A stretch of DNA of 40,948 bases from Verrucomicrobiota bacterium (lineage in GTDB: Bacteria > Verrucomicrobiota > Verrucomicrobiia > Limisphaerales > SXQI01): positions 1-40,948 of the forward strand of contig JANRLX010000024.1 of assembly GCA_033762115.1 (NCBI GenBank), given 5' to 3'. This document shows positions 7,358 through 16,774 of this stretch, piece after piece. How positions within the stretch are numbered: position 1 is the stretch's first letter; every line of letters begins with the position of its first letter. The notes beneath the pieces were generated by a model. It had not been told where the DNA came from. It did no database searches and saw only the letters and a list, made by a program, of their open reading frames with translations. The position numbers and the translations under genes are program-made.

Positions 7358-8476
7358 ATGAGCGACCAGCCCAAAATAAAGAAATGGCCATTTTATCTAG
7401 CGGACCTGGTTTTGGTGGCGATCACGGGGTACCTTTTTTATTTGATGGTGCCGCCGCGGAATGCCTGGGAGGCTTCGGTCTGCGGGGTGGCGTTGGTGGT
7501 TGCGGGAGTGGGAGCGTATCTTTCGATCAAGCCGTACCTGGTGGAGCACCAGAGCGCCACTGACCTGGCGAGGGATGCGAAACTGGCCTCGGCAATGGAG
7601 CAGCTTGAACGACTTGAAGAGGTGGCAAACCGGATCGGAAATGCCACGGTGAACTGGCAGGGGGTGCATGAAGCATCGAACAAGACCATTGCTGCGGCGA
7701 AGGAGATTGCAGAACGGATGAATGCGGAGGGGCGCGATTTCATGCAATTCCTGGAGAATGCGAACAACCAGGAAAAGCAGCATCTGCGGCTTGAAATTGA
7801 AAAGATGCGACGGGGCGAGGGGGAATGGTTGCAGGTCTGTGTGCGAATCCTGGATCATGTGTTCGCGCTTTATGTGGCGGCAGTGCGTTCGGGCCAACCT
7901 GCCCTGATGACTCAGATTGGGCAGTTCCAGAATGCCTGTCGAGACGCCACACGGCGAATGGGGTTGAACACATTCGCTCCGCAACCGGGGGAATTGCTGG
8001 ATTTGAAGAACCATCAGCCGAACACGAAGGATGGGCAGGCGCCAGCGGAAGCGCGAATTGCGGAAACATTGGCGCTGGGATTCACTTACCAGGGACAATT
8101 AATCCGCAAATCACTGGTGTCGATTCGATTGGAAGGAGAGGGCAAGGCGGGGGAAACACCTGCTTCAACAGAGCAGGAGGAGAAGCCTTCCGGAACTGAA
8201 AAGGAGGAGGAAGCAGTCGATGAGGAGGGGAGGGTTGAGGCTTCAGGCGCGGAGGAGGGTTCGAGCAATCGAACCGAAGCGATGATTGAGGCGCCTGAGC
8301 GATTGAAAGCAGATCAGGAGGCAGAATTCAAAGGAGCGGAAATTCCGGATGAGGAGGCAACCAGGGAAGTTGTGCCAGAGATGACGGATTCCAGGGAGAC
8401 AGCGGATCTGTCAGAAAAGCCGGTGCGGCGTGGGAGGCCGAAAAAACCAAATCCACAGGTTGATCTGCCATTCTGA
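7358..8476 (+). CDS. Membrane-anchored GrpE-like protein with a long acidic C-terminal tail
   Basis: Two N-terminal TM helices, a coiled coil, a GrpE-like beta domain (PGELLDLKNHQ...IAETLALGFTYQGQLIRKSLVSI) and an E-rich tail ending RRGRPKK...QVDLPF. Confidence 0.65.
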   Translation: MSDQPKIKKWPFYLADLVLVAITGYLFYLMVPPRNAWEASVCGVALVVAGVGAYLSIKPYLVEHQSATDLARDAKLASAMEQLERLEEVANRIGNATVNWQGVHEASNKTIAAAKEIAERMNAEGRDFMQFLENANNQEKQHLRLEIEKMRRGEGEWLQVCVRILDHVFALYVAAVRSGQPALMTQIGQFQNACRDATRRMGLNTFAPQPGELLDLKNHQPNTKDGQAPAEARIAETLALGFTYQGQLIRKSLVSIRLEGEGKAGETPASTEQEEKPSGTEKEEEAVDEEGRVEASGAEEGSSNRTEAMIEAPERLKADQEAEFKGAEIPDEEATREVVPEMTDSRETADLSEKPVRRGRPKKPNPQVDLPF

Positions 8477-8548
8477 ATGGAGGAATTGCTGATTTTTCCC
8501 CACGAGCGAATGGAGTTCAGATGATCGGTCGCGGGGAGGATTCAGGAT

Positions 8549-9904
8549 ATGGGAGAGCCGCAACGCATGCCGTTATTTCAAAAAGGGCTGAATAATGCTT
8601 TTTTCTTTGCGACCTTCAACGCGCTTTCCTTTCAGGTTGTGCTGGGCAGTCCGATGGTACTTTACGCCAAATCCCTTGGGGCGAGCGCAACAGTCCTGGG
8701 GATCATTTCTGGAATGATGCCGTTGCTGGTGATTTTCCAAATTCCTGCGGCGAATTACATCCCGCGGATGGGGTATAAACGTTTTGTATATGGGGGGTGG
8801 GGGATACGGGTGCTGCTGATCTTTGTGTTGTCATTGGTGCCGCTGCTTTGGAGGGTGTTGACGCCGATGACCCAGCTTGCGCTGGTGCTGTTCCTGTTGT
8901 TCGGGTTCAACCTGTCGCGCGGGATTTCAAGCGCCGCGTGGTTGCCGTGGATCACAAGTTTGGTGCCCGCCAGTATCCGGGGAAAATACCTTGCGACGGA
9001 AGCCGGGTTCGTCAACCTGGCGAGCGGGGCGACGTTCCTGATTGCAGCGGCGGTTTTAGGGGACGCGCCGAATGCCGTGGATTTTGCGATTTTATTTGCG
9101 TTCAGCGGAGTGGCAGGAGCGATCAGTCTTTCGTTTTTGAAGAGGATTCCTGATGTGCAACCGGCGCAGGAAGCAGCGGGGTCGACCCATCCTGTCCCGT
9201 GGGGAACCCTGATTCGGTATGCGCCATTTTTGAAATTACTCAAAATGAACGTGGCATGGTCCTTCGCGTATGGAGGGATCGGCGCGTTCAGCGTGGCTTA
9301 CCTGAAAGTGATGGCTGGAATGCCGGAAGGCAAGATCCTGTATATTTCGTCCGCTTTTTTCCTGGGAGGTTTGCTCAGCCTGGCATTCGGGAACCGGATG
9401 GACAAGCTGGGAAGCAAACCGGTGATGACGTTCTCCTGCATTCTTTGGTGTGGGTTGATCCTGTTCTGGGCTGGTCTGGCTGGAAAAACGATTGTTCCAT
9501 CATTGGGCGTGGTGCTGGTGCTACATTTCGGAATGGGGCTGGCAGTGGCGCTTTTTAACATGGCAAACGTCAGACTGGCGATGGGGATTGCGCCGGAGAT
9601 GGGAAGAAATCATTTTTTTGCGGTTTTTTCGGTGGTGGCGAATCTGACCCTGGGGCTGGCCCCGATTTGCTGGGGATTGTTGATTGATATCTTTCGCGAT
9701 CTGCAAATTGAGTGGGGCTATTTTGAATTGAACCGTTACAGCCTCTTTTTTTGCGGGGCGGGAATCATGTTCCTTTTAACGTGGTGGAAAATTCGCCAGC
9801 TGGAGGAGCCATCTGCGGGAAAAGTGCAGGAGCTGGTGCATCAGATTTTGATTGAAGGACCACAACGGGTCGTGAACCGACTCTGGTCCCGGTTCACGCA
9901 ATAA
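8549..9904 (+). CDS. MFS transporter
   Basis: About 12 hydrophobic helices; loop motifs IPRMGYKR and GNRMDKLGSKP; 451 aa. Confidence 0.88.
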   Translation: MGEPQRMPLFQKGLNNAFFFATFNALSFQVVLGSPMVLYAKSLGASATVLGIISGMMPLLVIFQIPAANYIPRMGYKRFVYGGWGIRVLLIFVLSLVPLLWRVLTPMTQLALVLFLLFGFNLSRGISSAAWLPWITSLVPASIRGKYLATEAGFVNLASGATFLIAAAVLGDAPNAVDFAILFAFSGVAGAISLSFLKRIPDVQPAQEAAGSTHPVPWGTLIRYAPFLKLLKMNVAWSFAYGGIGAFSVAYLKVMAGMPEGKILYISSAFFLGGLLSLAFGNRMDKLGSKPVMTFSCILWCGLILFWAGLAGKTIVPSLGVVLVLHFGMGLAVALFNMANVRLAMGIAPEMGRNHFFAVFSVVANLTLGLAPICWGLLIDIFRDLQIEWGYFELNRYSLFFCGAGIMFLLTWWKIRQLEEPSAGKVQELVHQILIEGPQRVVNRLWSRFTQ

Positions 9905-9956
9905 CGAAATTTCGTTGTATTTCAACGGTATTGTTGTTTTCAACGAAAAACCGTTG
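9902..9956. promoter_or_regulatory. Three tandem palindromes, candidate enhancer/operator sites
   Basis: TAACGAAATTTCGTTG (9902-9917), CAACGGTATTGTTG (9923-9936) and CAACGAAAAACCGTTG (9941-9956). Confidence 0.5.
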
Positions 9957-10019
9957 TTATTTTATTTCTTGGATCGCCTAAACTATTGGTAATCAATGGT
10001 TTTATTTCGGTTGGAAAAT

Positions 10020-10035
10020 TGGCACAGATGAAGCA
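10020..10035 (+). promoter_or_regulatory. Putative sigma54 (-24/-12) promoter of doxX-pirin
   Basis: TGGCAC-AGATG-AAGCA keeps GG-N10-GC spacing, but TT at -14/-13 is replaced by AA. Confidence 0.5.
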
Positions 10036-10050
10036 ATAGAAGAACCCGAT

Positions 10051-10515
10051 ATGAAATATTTATTCCAAACAACAGACCAGATCGCCCCGGTGATCCTGAG
10101 GGTATTCCTGGCAGTGGTGATGTTTCCGCATGGGGCGCAGAAACTGTTGGGGTGGTGGGGTGGTGGGGGATTCGAGGCGACGATGAAGGGATTTACGGAG
10201 GGGATGGGAATTCCTGCGCCGTTTGCGTTGCTGGCGATTGTTGCGGAATTTTTCGGGCCGATTGCGCTGGTGTTGGGGTTGTTGACCCGTGTCGCTGCTT
10301 TTGGAATTGGGACGGTGATCTCAGTGGCGGCAATCAAAGTGGCGCTTCCGCACGGGTTTTTTATGAACTGGTACGGAACGCAGAAGGGAGAGGGGTATCA
10401 ATTTCATCTATTAATGCTGGGGATGTCATTGGCGCTCATGTTCGTGGGTGGCGGGCGCTGGTCTCTGGACGGATGGATTTCGGAAAAAACCAAAAAAGGA
10501 AAGGAGCAGGTATGA
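10051..10515 (+). CDS. DoxX family membrane protein
   Basis: LRVFLAVVMFPHGAQKLLGW, EFFG, GLLTR, GYQFHL, GGGRWSLD. Confidence 0.92.
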   Translation: MKYLFQTTDQIAPVILRVFLAVVMFPHGAQKLLGWWGGGGFEATMKGFTEGMGIPAPFALLAIVAEFFGPIALVLGLLTRVAAFGIGTVISVAAIKVALPHGFFMNWYGTQKGEGYQFHLLMLGMSLALMFVGGGRWSLDGWISEKTKKGKEQV

Positions 10516-11210
10516 TCAAGATTCGAAGAAGCGAAGAACGGGGCCACGCAGATCATGGCTGGCTGGACACTTATCACAGCTTTTCGTTTGGAGATTATTA
10601 TGATCCGGAGCAGATGGGTTTCGGCGCACTGCGAGTGATCAATGAAGATAAAGTGGCTGGTGGGGGAGGCTTTCCAAAGCATCCGCACCGGGACATGGAA
10701 ATCTTTACTTACGTGATCTCCGGAGCATTGCAGCACCAGGACAGCATGGGGAACTCGGAAGTGATCCGGCCGGGTGAAGTGCAGCGGATGACTGCGGGAA
10801 CAGGGGTTTATCACAGCGAGTTCAATCATTCTCCGGCGGAGGCGGTGCATCTGTTGCAGATCTGGATTGTTCCGGAGCGTAAAGGCCTGCAACCCGGTTA
10901 TGCCCAGAAGCGGTTTGAGCCTCAGTTGAATCAATTGCAGTTGGCGCTGAGCCGCGATGGAAGGGAAGGAAGCCTGACGCTGAACCAGGATGTGAATGTG
11001 TATATCGGCCATGTGGAAAAGGGGAAGGCGGTGGAGCATCGGATTGGGCCTGGGAGAAAAGTGTGGGTGCAACTGATCTCAGGAGGTTTGAAAACGGATG
11101 CAGGCACGCTTGGCGCCGGGGATGGATTGGCGGTTTCGGGTGAAAGCGGGTTGAAAGTGGAAGCGACGACGGATGCGCACTTCCTGCTTTTTGACCTGGC
11201 CGACCAATAA
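10512..11210 (+). CDS. Pirin family protein (YhhW-like)
   Basis: HGWLDTYHSFSF, HPHRDMEI, MTAGTGVYHSE, LQIWI. ATG 10512 overlaps the doxX stop (ATGA); AAGGAG SD. Confidence 0.93.
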   Translation: MIKIRRSEERGHADHGWLDTYHSFSFGDYYDPEQMGFGALRVINEDKVAGGGGFPKHPHRDMEIFTYVISGALQHQDSMGNSEVIRPGEVQRMTAGTGVYHSEFNHSPAEAVHLLQIWIVPERKGLQPGYAQKRFEPQLNQLQLALSRDGREGSLTLNQDVNVYIGHVEKGKAVEHRIGPGRKVWVQLISGGLKTDAGTLGAGDGLAVSGESGLKVEATTDAHFLLFDLADQ

Positions 11211-11237
11211 GGGAAATGGGAGAGAAAAATGGGAGAC

Positions 11238-11278
11238 AAGCGGTCCGATTCGGAGTGAGTCGGGCCGTTTTTTGTTTT
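11238..11278 (+). terminator. Rho-independent terminator after pirin
   Basis: AAGCGGTCCGATTC-GGAGT-GAGTCGGGCCGTTT followed by TTTGTTTT. Confidence 0.8.
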
Positions 11279-11418
11279 GGGTGTGGAGACTGAATCGAAT
11301 TTTTTGGTTTGTGGTGTGGTCAAAGCAAAGAACATCGGCTTGAAACAGAATTCATGATTGACCTGAAAACCAAATCCGATAGGTTGGCCGTCATCACCCG
11401 AAGTTAACCAAAGTTATT

Positions 11419-12804
11419 ATGCACCAGAATCAGACGAAACAGGAAAACGGCGATTCACGCCGGACGTTCATCAAGAAATCTGCCGCAGCAGCAGCGGTCG
11501 TTGCGGCTTCAAATATTGTAAAAACCCCGGTTTACGGGCAAAACCAGGCACCGAGTACGGGGCGCACCATTGGGGCGAATGACCGGATTGTGGTGGGATA
11601 TATTGGGGTCGGCGGGCAGGGGATGACCCATGTGCGATTACAGAAAGAGCACGCCAGCGAAAACAATATTGCGCAGGCAGCGGTTTGCGATGTGTGGCAA
11701 AAGCGGATCGAAGGTGCGAAGAACTTCGTGGGGGGCGACTGCAAAGGGTATGACGATTATCGCAAGATGCTGGAGCAAAAAGATATCGATGCGTTAGTGG
11801 TCTCGACTGTGGATCATTGGCACACTGCAATCTGCGTGGATGGGATGGAAGCAGGAAAGCATATCTATGTTGAAAAACCGATGACCCGGTACCTGGAGGA
11901 AGCTTTCCAGATTTATGATACCTGCAAAAAGACCAAGAGAATTTTGACGGTTGGTTCGCAGGGTTGCTCGGATTACAAATGGCACAAAGCGGCTGAGCTG
12001 GTGAAAGCGGGACGGATCGGAAAGCTGGTGATGGCGCAGGGTTCATATCCGCGCAATAATCCAAAGGGGGAATGGAATTATGCGATCGATCCAGACGCAA
12101 AGGCAGAAAACCTGAACTGGGAACGCTGGCTGGGTCCTGTGAAGAAAAAAGTGCCGTTCAATGCCGACCATTATTTCCGCTGGCGGAAATATTATCCTTA
12201 TTGCGGCGGTCTCCTTGGGGACTTGTTCCCTCACCGTTTGCATCCTTACATGCTGGCGACTGGCAGTCCGGAGTTTCCAAGCCGCGTGGTCTCGCTGGGA
12301 ACGAAAAAAATCGAGAGCGACAAGAACACTCCTGGAACTTACATGCGCGATGTGCCGGAGCATGTTGAGCTGCTGGCGGAATTCCCAAGCGGGCTGACGC
12401 TGGTCATGATTTCGAGCACGGTTTGCGAGCATGGATTGGTGGAGCAGATCAATGGGCACCATGGTTCGTTGTTCATGTCAGGCAATCGAATTGAATTGCG
12501 GCCGCAACGTGCGTTTGCTGATGAAGTGGATGAAGAAAAGTTCGAAAACCTGCGCCCCGGCGAAGATATCGCGGTGCATGAAAAGAACTGGTTTGACTCG
12601 ATCCGGGCAAACAAGGAACCGAACGCGGGAATTGATCTTGCTGTGAAGGTCCAGACTGTGATTTCACTGGGTGAAATGTCTGAGCGCCTGAACATTTCCT
12701 GCTCGTTCGACGAGAAGACACGCAAAGTGACCACGGGCGATGGAAAAATCATGAAGATCCAGGAGATCAAGCCATTGACCTACGGTTCGCTGGAACTCTC
12801 CTAA
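11419..12804 (+). CDS. Tat-exported Gfo/Idh/MocA family oxidoreductase
   Basis: SRRTFIK Tat motif, IGVGGQG, AVCDV, VDHWH, YVEKPM. Confidence 0.9.
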   Translation: MHQNQTKQENGDSRRTFIKKSAAAAAVVAASNIVKTPVYGQNQAPSTGRTIGANDRIVVGYIGVGGQGMTHVRLQKEHASENNIAQAAVCDVWQKRIEGAKNFVGGDCKGYDDYRKMLEQKDIDALVVSTVDHWHTAICVDGMEAGKHIYVEKPMTRYLEEAFQIYDTCKKTKRILTVGSQGCSDYKWHKAAELVKAGRIGKLVMAQGSYPRNNPKGEWNYAIDPDAKAENLNWERWLGPVKKKVPFNADHYFRWRKYYPYCGGLLGDLFPHRLHPYMLATGSPEFPSRVVSLGTKKIESDKNTPGTYMRDVPEHVELLAEFPSGLTLVMISSTVCEHGLVEQINGHHGSLFMSGNRIELRPQRAFADEVDEEKFENLRPGEDIAVHEKNWFDSIRANKEPNAGIDLAVKVQTVISLGEMSERLNISCSFDEKTRKVTTGDGKIMKIQEIKPLTYGSLELS

Positions 12805-12817
12805 TTTTATCTTTAAC

Positions 12818-12858
12818 AGAGCGCTGCCTGAGTGATCGGGCAGCGCTTTTTTGTTTTT
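12818..12858 (+). terminator. Rho-independent terminator between convergent genes
   Basis: AGAGCGCTGCCTGA-GTGA-TCGGGCAGCGCTTT followed by TTTGTTTTT. Confidence 0.85.
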
Positions 12859-12867
12859 GCTGAAGAT

Positions 12868-13659
12868 TTAAAGGAGAGCAGCCGAATCCTGGTCCAGAAG
12901 CAGGGTCGCCTGCGGCTGGGTGCGAAGCCAGGAGGCGGGACAATCGGTGGAGATTGGCTGACGCAACGCTGCGCGGACTGCCCTGGCTTTGCGGGTTTCA
13001 GGGCTGATGCAAAGGATGCGTTCAGCCTTGCAAAGAGCAGGGATGGTGAGGGTGAGCGCGTAGGGAGGGACGGCGTCCAAAGTGGGAAAATGGCCTTCAT
13101 TGACCTGCTGGGTTTTGCAGGCGAGATCGAGTTTTACCAATTTGACGAGACGTTGATCCTGGAAGTTGGCAACAGGAGGGTCGTTGAAGGCGAGGTGACC
13201 GTTTTCTCCGATGCCCATGCAGCAAAGGTCGATGGGAGCTTCCGAGAGAAGGTTGGAATAGCGCTCACATTCTTCAATGGGAAGGTCGGCATCCCCGAGC
13301 AAATAATGAAAGGCATGGGGATGAACAAGCGTTTCGACGCGCTCCCGCATGTAACGGCGGAAACTGGCTTTGTGATCGCCTGGCAGGCCGAGATATTCGT
13401 CCATGTGAAAAAGGGTGGTTTTGCTCCAGTTGATCAGTTGCAGCCCGATGAGTTGTTTGAGGAAGGCGATTTGGGAATTGCCGGTGGCCAGAATGATCCG
13501 GGCTTCTCCCTTTGCCTGGATGCGGGCAGCCAAAAAATGAGCCATCTCATGGGCGGCATAGGTCGCAAGCTCTGCCTGGCCGGGAAAAACAAGAACGGAG
13601 AGGGCATCCACCTTCATTGTGCGAAGTGGGGTTGGGAGGGATTGCAGTAGGGCAGACAT
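12868..13659 (-). CDS. nagB: Glucosamine-6-phosphate deaminase family protein
   Basis: LATGNSQ, FHMDEY, GIGENGHLAFNDP, CPASWL. Start probably ATG 13659. Confidence 0.82.
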   Translation of the reverse strand: MSALLQSLPTPLRTMKVDALSVLVFPGQAELATYAAHEMAHFLAARIQAKGEARIILATGNSQIAFLKQLIGLQLINWSKTTLFHMDEYLGLPGDHKASFRRYMRERVETLVHPHAFHYLLGDADLPIEECERYSNLLSEAPIDLCCMGIGENGHLAFNDPPVANFQDQRLVKLVKLDLACKTQQVNEGHFPTLDAVPPYALTLTIPALCKAERILCISPETRKARAVRAALRQPISTDCPASWLRTQPQATLLLDQDSAALL

Positions 13660-13778
13660 TGAAAAAAGGATAGGGACAGGAAGGTGATGGCGCAAGAAGA
13701 GGAGCAAGGCGTTCAATAATTTCGCTCACGAGCATTGTTTGCCATGAGAGTGGTGCGATGTTGAGTCAAGGAGTTTGA

Positions 13779-14678
13779 ATGAAACAGGAGAATATCCGAT
13801 TGGACCCAGCGAATCGAGCGGACAACCCGGAACAGGATGATTTTCGCGATGATGGCACACATGAGGTGTTGCCGGATCTTGCGTATAAGCGCATTGCGAT
13901 TGTCAATGTGGTCTTCCATGGCCCTGCTCACCAGCCTGATTTGCCGTGGGTTTTAATTGACGCAGGGGTAAATGGCGGCACAGGAATGATTCGCAGGGCT
14001 GCTCAGGAGCGTTTCAGCCGCCCGCCAGCGGCCATTATTTTGACTCACGCACATTTTGATCATGTGGGTTGTCTGGAGCAACTGGCCTCGGAATGGAACG
14101 TGCCGATTTATGCGCATGCATTGGAATATCCCTACCTGGATGGGAGCGCCTCTTATCCGGCCCCGGATCCAGGCGCAGGGGGAGGACTGATGGCACGATT
14201 GTCCGGCCTTTATCCGCGTGGGCCGGTGGATGTTCGGGAATGGTTACGGACGTTGCCGCAGGATGGGGAGGTGCCGTATATGGAGATGTGGCAATGGATT
14301 CATCTGCCTGGTCATACTCCGGGACAGGTAGGACTTTGGCGTGAAGCGGACCGAACGTTGATTGCCGGGGACGCGGTCGTGACAACCCGGCAGGAATCGG
14401 CGTATTCTGCAATAGCGCAGTCTGAAGAGTTGAATGGGCCTCCTGCTTATTACACCCAAAACTGGGAGCAGGCCCGTGAATCAGTTCAACGAGTGGCGGC
14501 ATTGGAACCTGAGATATTGCTGACGGGGCATGGTCGGGCAATGCGAGGCGCTCAAGTTCGCGAAGGGCTTCACCGGCTTGCGGCGGATTTCGATGAATTG
14601 GCGCGTCCTGCCCATGGAAAATATGTGGAAGAACCAGTTCAGGCCCAAGACGGCACCGCCTACGATCAAGCCAAATAA
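13779..14678 (+). CDS. MBL-fold metallo-hydrolase
   Basis: LIDAG, THAHFDH, PGHTPG, IAGDA, TGHG; AAGGAG SD. Confidence 0.9.
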   Translation: MKQENIRLDPANRADNPEQDDFRDDGTHEVLPDLAYKRIAIVNVVFHGPAHQPDLPWVLIDAGVNGGTGMIRRAAQERFSRPPAAIILTHAHFDHVGCLEQLASEWNVPIYAHALEYPYLDGSASYPAPDPGAGGGLMARLSGLYPRGPVDVREWLRTLPQDGEVPYMEMWQWIHLPGHTPGQVGLWREADRTLIAGDAVVTTRQESAYSAIAQSEELNGPPAYYTQNWEQARESVQRVAALEPEILLTGHGRAMRGAQVREGLHRLAADFDELARPAHGKYVEEPVQAQDGTAYDQAK

Positions 14679-14690
14679 TTCGTTAATGGA

Positions 14691-15527
14691 TCAGTTGAAT
14701 ATTTGGGCGCGAAGTTCCTCAGGTGTTTTTCCATTTTGACGAAGTTGCCGAAGGCTGAGGCTGTCATGACGTTTTGCGAGGCGACGCCCCTGTTCATCCC
14801 GGAGAAGTTCGCAGTGGTAAAACCGGGGAGGAGAAAGGTTCAAGGCTTGGTAAAGAAGCAACTGGCGGGCAGTTGATTTCAAGAGATCGGCACCTCGGAC
14901 GACCTCGGTGATCTGCATTGCGGCGTCGTCGACCGTGACAGCAAGTTGATAGGAGGGCAGTCCATCATGCCGCCAGATGATAAAATCGCCGAAATCGCGA
15001 TTTGCGAGGTAATGTTGCTCGCCGAAATTGCCATCGTTAAAAGTGATGGTTTGGGCATTTGGCACCTTGAATCTCCAGTTGAAATGCTTGCCTGAGGGAA
15101 TTTCAGCGAGCTTGAGATTGTGGCAGGTGCCTGGGTAAAGCGGTTCATCCTCCCCTGCATGTGGAGCGTTGGTGGAGCGCAGGACATCCTGACGGGTGCA
15201 TATGCAGGGGAAGAGAGCGCCAGAGATGATTAATTGATCCAACGCCTGTTTATACAATGGGAGGCGCTGGCTTTGGGAGTAGGGTTGATGGGGACCGCCA
15301 CAATCGGGACCTTCCTGCCATTCCAGGCCGAACCAGCGAAGATCTTCGAGCATGGCTGTGACATATTCCGGGCGGGCCCGGGCTGTATCGATATCCTCGT
15401 TGCGAAAAACGAGAGTCCCGTTTTGGGAGCGGCAGCGTTGCTGGGCGATCCAGAAAGTCCGGGCATGGCCGAGATGCATGTAGCCGGTGGGAGATGGAGC
15501 GATGCGACTGCGATAGGCTGTGTTCAT
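14691..15527 (-). CDS. gluQ: tRNA glutamyl-Q(34) synthetase GluQRS
   Basis: RIAPSPTGYMHLGH, REDID-like RNEDID, zinc site CICTR...YPGTC, VVRGADL, LAKRH; 278 aa with no anticodon-binding domain. Confidence 0.9.
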   Translation of the reverse strand: MNTAYRSRIAPSPTGYMHLGHARTFWIAQQRCRSQNGTLVFRNEDIDTARARPEYVTAMLEDLRWFGLEWQEGPDCGGPHQPYSQSQRLPLYKQALDQLIISGALFPCICTRQDVLRSTNAPHAGEDEPLYPGTCHNLKLAEIPSGKHFNWRFKVPNAQTITFNDGNFGEQHYLANRDFGDFIIWRHDGLPSYQLAVTVDDAAMQITEVVRGADLLKSTARQLLLYQALNLSPPRFYHCELLRDEQGRRLAKRHDSLSLRQLRQNGKTPEELRAQIFN

Positions 15528-16372
15528 CAAAACTCAACGGATGGATTGCAGGCCAGCCATTCAGAAAATCGTGGGAGCGGAAATGAGAGCAGTTTCTGGG
15601 CTTTGGAACAATCCAGGGTGGTGTCTGGAGAGCGGGGAGGGCCCTGATATTCCTTCAAGGTGCCGGGAAGGAGAAGGGGTTTTAATTGAGGATGACGTTG
15701 GGCCAGGAGGAGGCCGATCTGGTAGCGGGAAAGTTTTTCAGCACCGGCCACGTGAAAGATTCCGGAGGCCTGTTGCCGGGCAAGTTCCCATATGGCCCGG
15801 GCGGTCATGATGGCGGCTATGGGTGAACGAAATTCATCAATGAAAAGGTGGAGTGTTTTTCCCTGTTCCCACTGGAGGCGCATTTCTTCATTAAAACCGC
15901 GGTTGCGTGTGGGAGAGCGACCTCCATTGAGGGAGGTGCGTATGATGGTGTGGCGGGGATTTCGCAGAATGAAAGATTCGGCGGCCACTTTTGTTTCGGC
16001 ATATTTGCTCAAGGGATTGGGTGAATCGGTCTCGGTGTAATCGCCTTTCCTGCCATCGAAGACCAGATCGGTGGAGAGAAAGAAAAATGGAATTTGTGAG
16101 GAAAGTTCGGCCAGGTGGCGGGTGGCATCGACGTTGGTGCGGTGGGCCAGGTCGGGGTTGGCCTGGCAGGCGGGACTTTTGCTGATGGCAGCGCAGTGGA
16201 TGACCAAGGCTGGATTGTCGCGGCGAAAGGCTGCTTCCACAGATTGGGGATGGGTAAGGTCGAGCGTGGCTCGGTCGAGGGGACGCGTTGTCCAGGGGAG
16301 GTCGAAGGAAGAGGAGGCGAGGCAGGAGCCGATCAAGCCGCCCGCGCCGGTGACCCAGGCAATCGGCTTCAT
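15527..16372 (-). CDS. Extended SDR, dTDP-4-dehydrorhamnose reductase (RmlD)-like
   Basis: VTGAGGLIG, IHCAA, STDLVFDG, PLSKYAETK (YxxxK). Confidence 0.85.
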   Translation of the reverse strand: MKPIAWVTGAGGLIGSCLASSSFDLPWTTRPLDRATLDLTHPQSVEAAFRRDNPALVIHCAAISKSPACQANPDLAHRTNVDATRHLAELSSQIPFFFLSTDLVFDGRKGDYTETDSPNPLSKYAETKVAAESFILRNPRHTIIRTSLNGGRSPTRNRGFNEEMRLQWEQGKTLHLFIDEFRSPIAAIMTARAIWELARQQASGIFHVAGAEKLSRYQIGLLLAQRHPQLKPLLLPGTLKEYQGPPRSPDTTLDCSKAQKLLSFPLPRFSEWLACNPSVEF

Positions 16373-16734
16373 GCTTCAGTGATGAAGGTGTCCTCGTTTT
16401 CGTAGGGAGGGACACAGCAGCAGAGGAGGCGAAGCGTTTCGTTGCCGGTGTTCCAGATTTTATGCTTCAGCCCGGGAGGGATGGCGATGGCATCGCCGGG
16501 GCTGACTTCCCGAAATTCTCCCTCGATTTTTATCCGGGCGGTGCCGTGCGTAATGTAATAAATCTCCTCGGTCCGGGCGTGATAATGTTCCTGGGTGGCG
16601 GCACCGGGAAGGAGGCGGGCTTCGGCAAGGCTTTGAAAGCGGATGGCGGAGTTGCGATGGGCAAGCAGTTCACGAATTTCCGAGCCATCCTTCGTTATAA
16701 ACGCAGGTACTTGATCAAGGTTGCGAATATCCAT
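16369..16734 (-). CDS. Cupin domain protein
   Basis: FITKDGSEIRE, HYHARTEEIY, PPGLKHKI. ATG 16734; its stop overlaps the SDR start (ATGA). Confidence 0.88.
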   Translation of the reverse strand: MDIRNLDQVPAFITKDGSEIRELLAHRNSAIRFQSLAEARLLPGAATQEHYHARTEEIYYITHGTARIKIEGEFREVSPGDAIAIPPGLKHKIWNTGNETLRLLCCCVPPYENEDTFITEA

Positions 16735-16774
16735 GGGGGGAGCATAACCTTTCAGGGAAGAGAAACCAGAACGG

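Noticed and set aside
9902..9956. CRISPR-like or iteron interpretation of the short repeats
   Set aside because: Units are 14-16 bp palindromes with 4-5 bp spacers; no cas or rep genes are present.
10152..10511. N-terminal extension of the pirin ORF in the track (352 aa)
   Set aside because: Overlaps doxX in another frame; the real start is ATG 10512, with an SD and ATGA coupling.
12832..13650. 272-aa plus-strand ORF
   Set aside because: Antisense shadow of the nagB-like gene; it starts inside a terminator and has no recognisable motifs.
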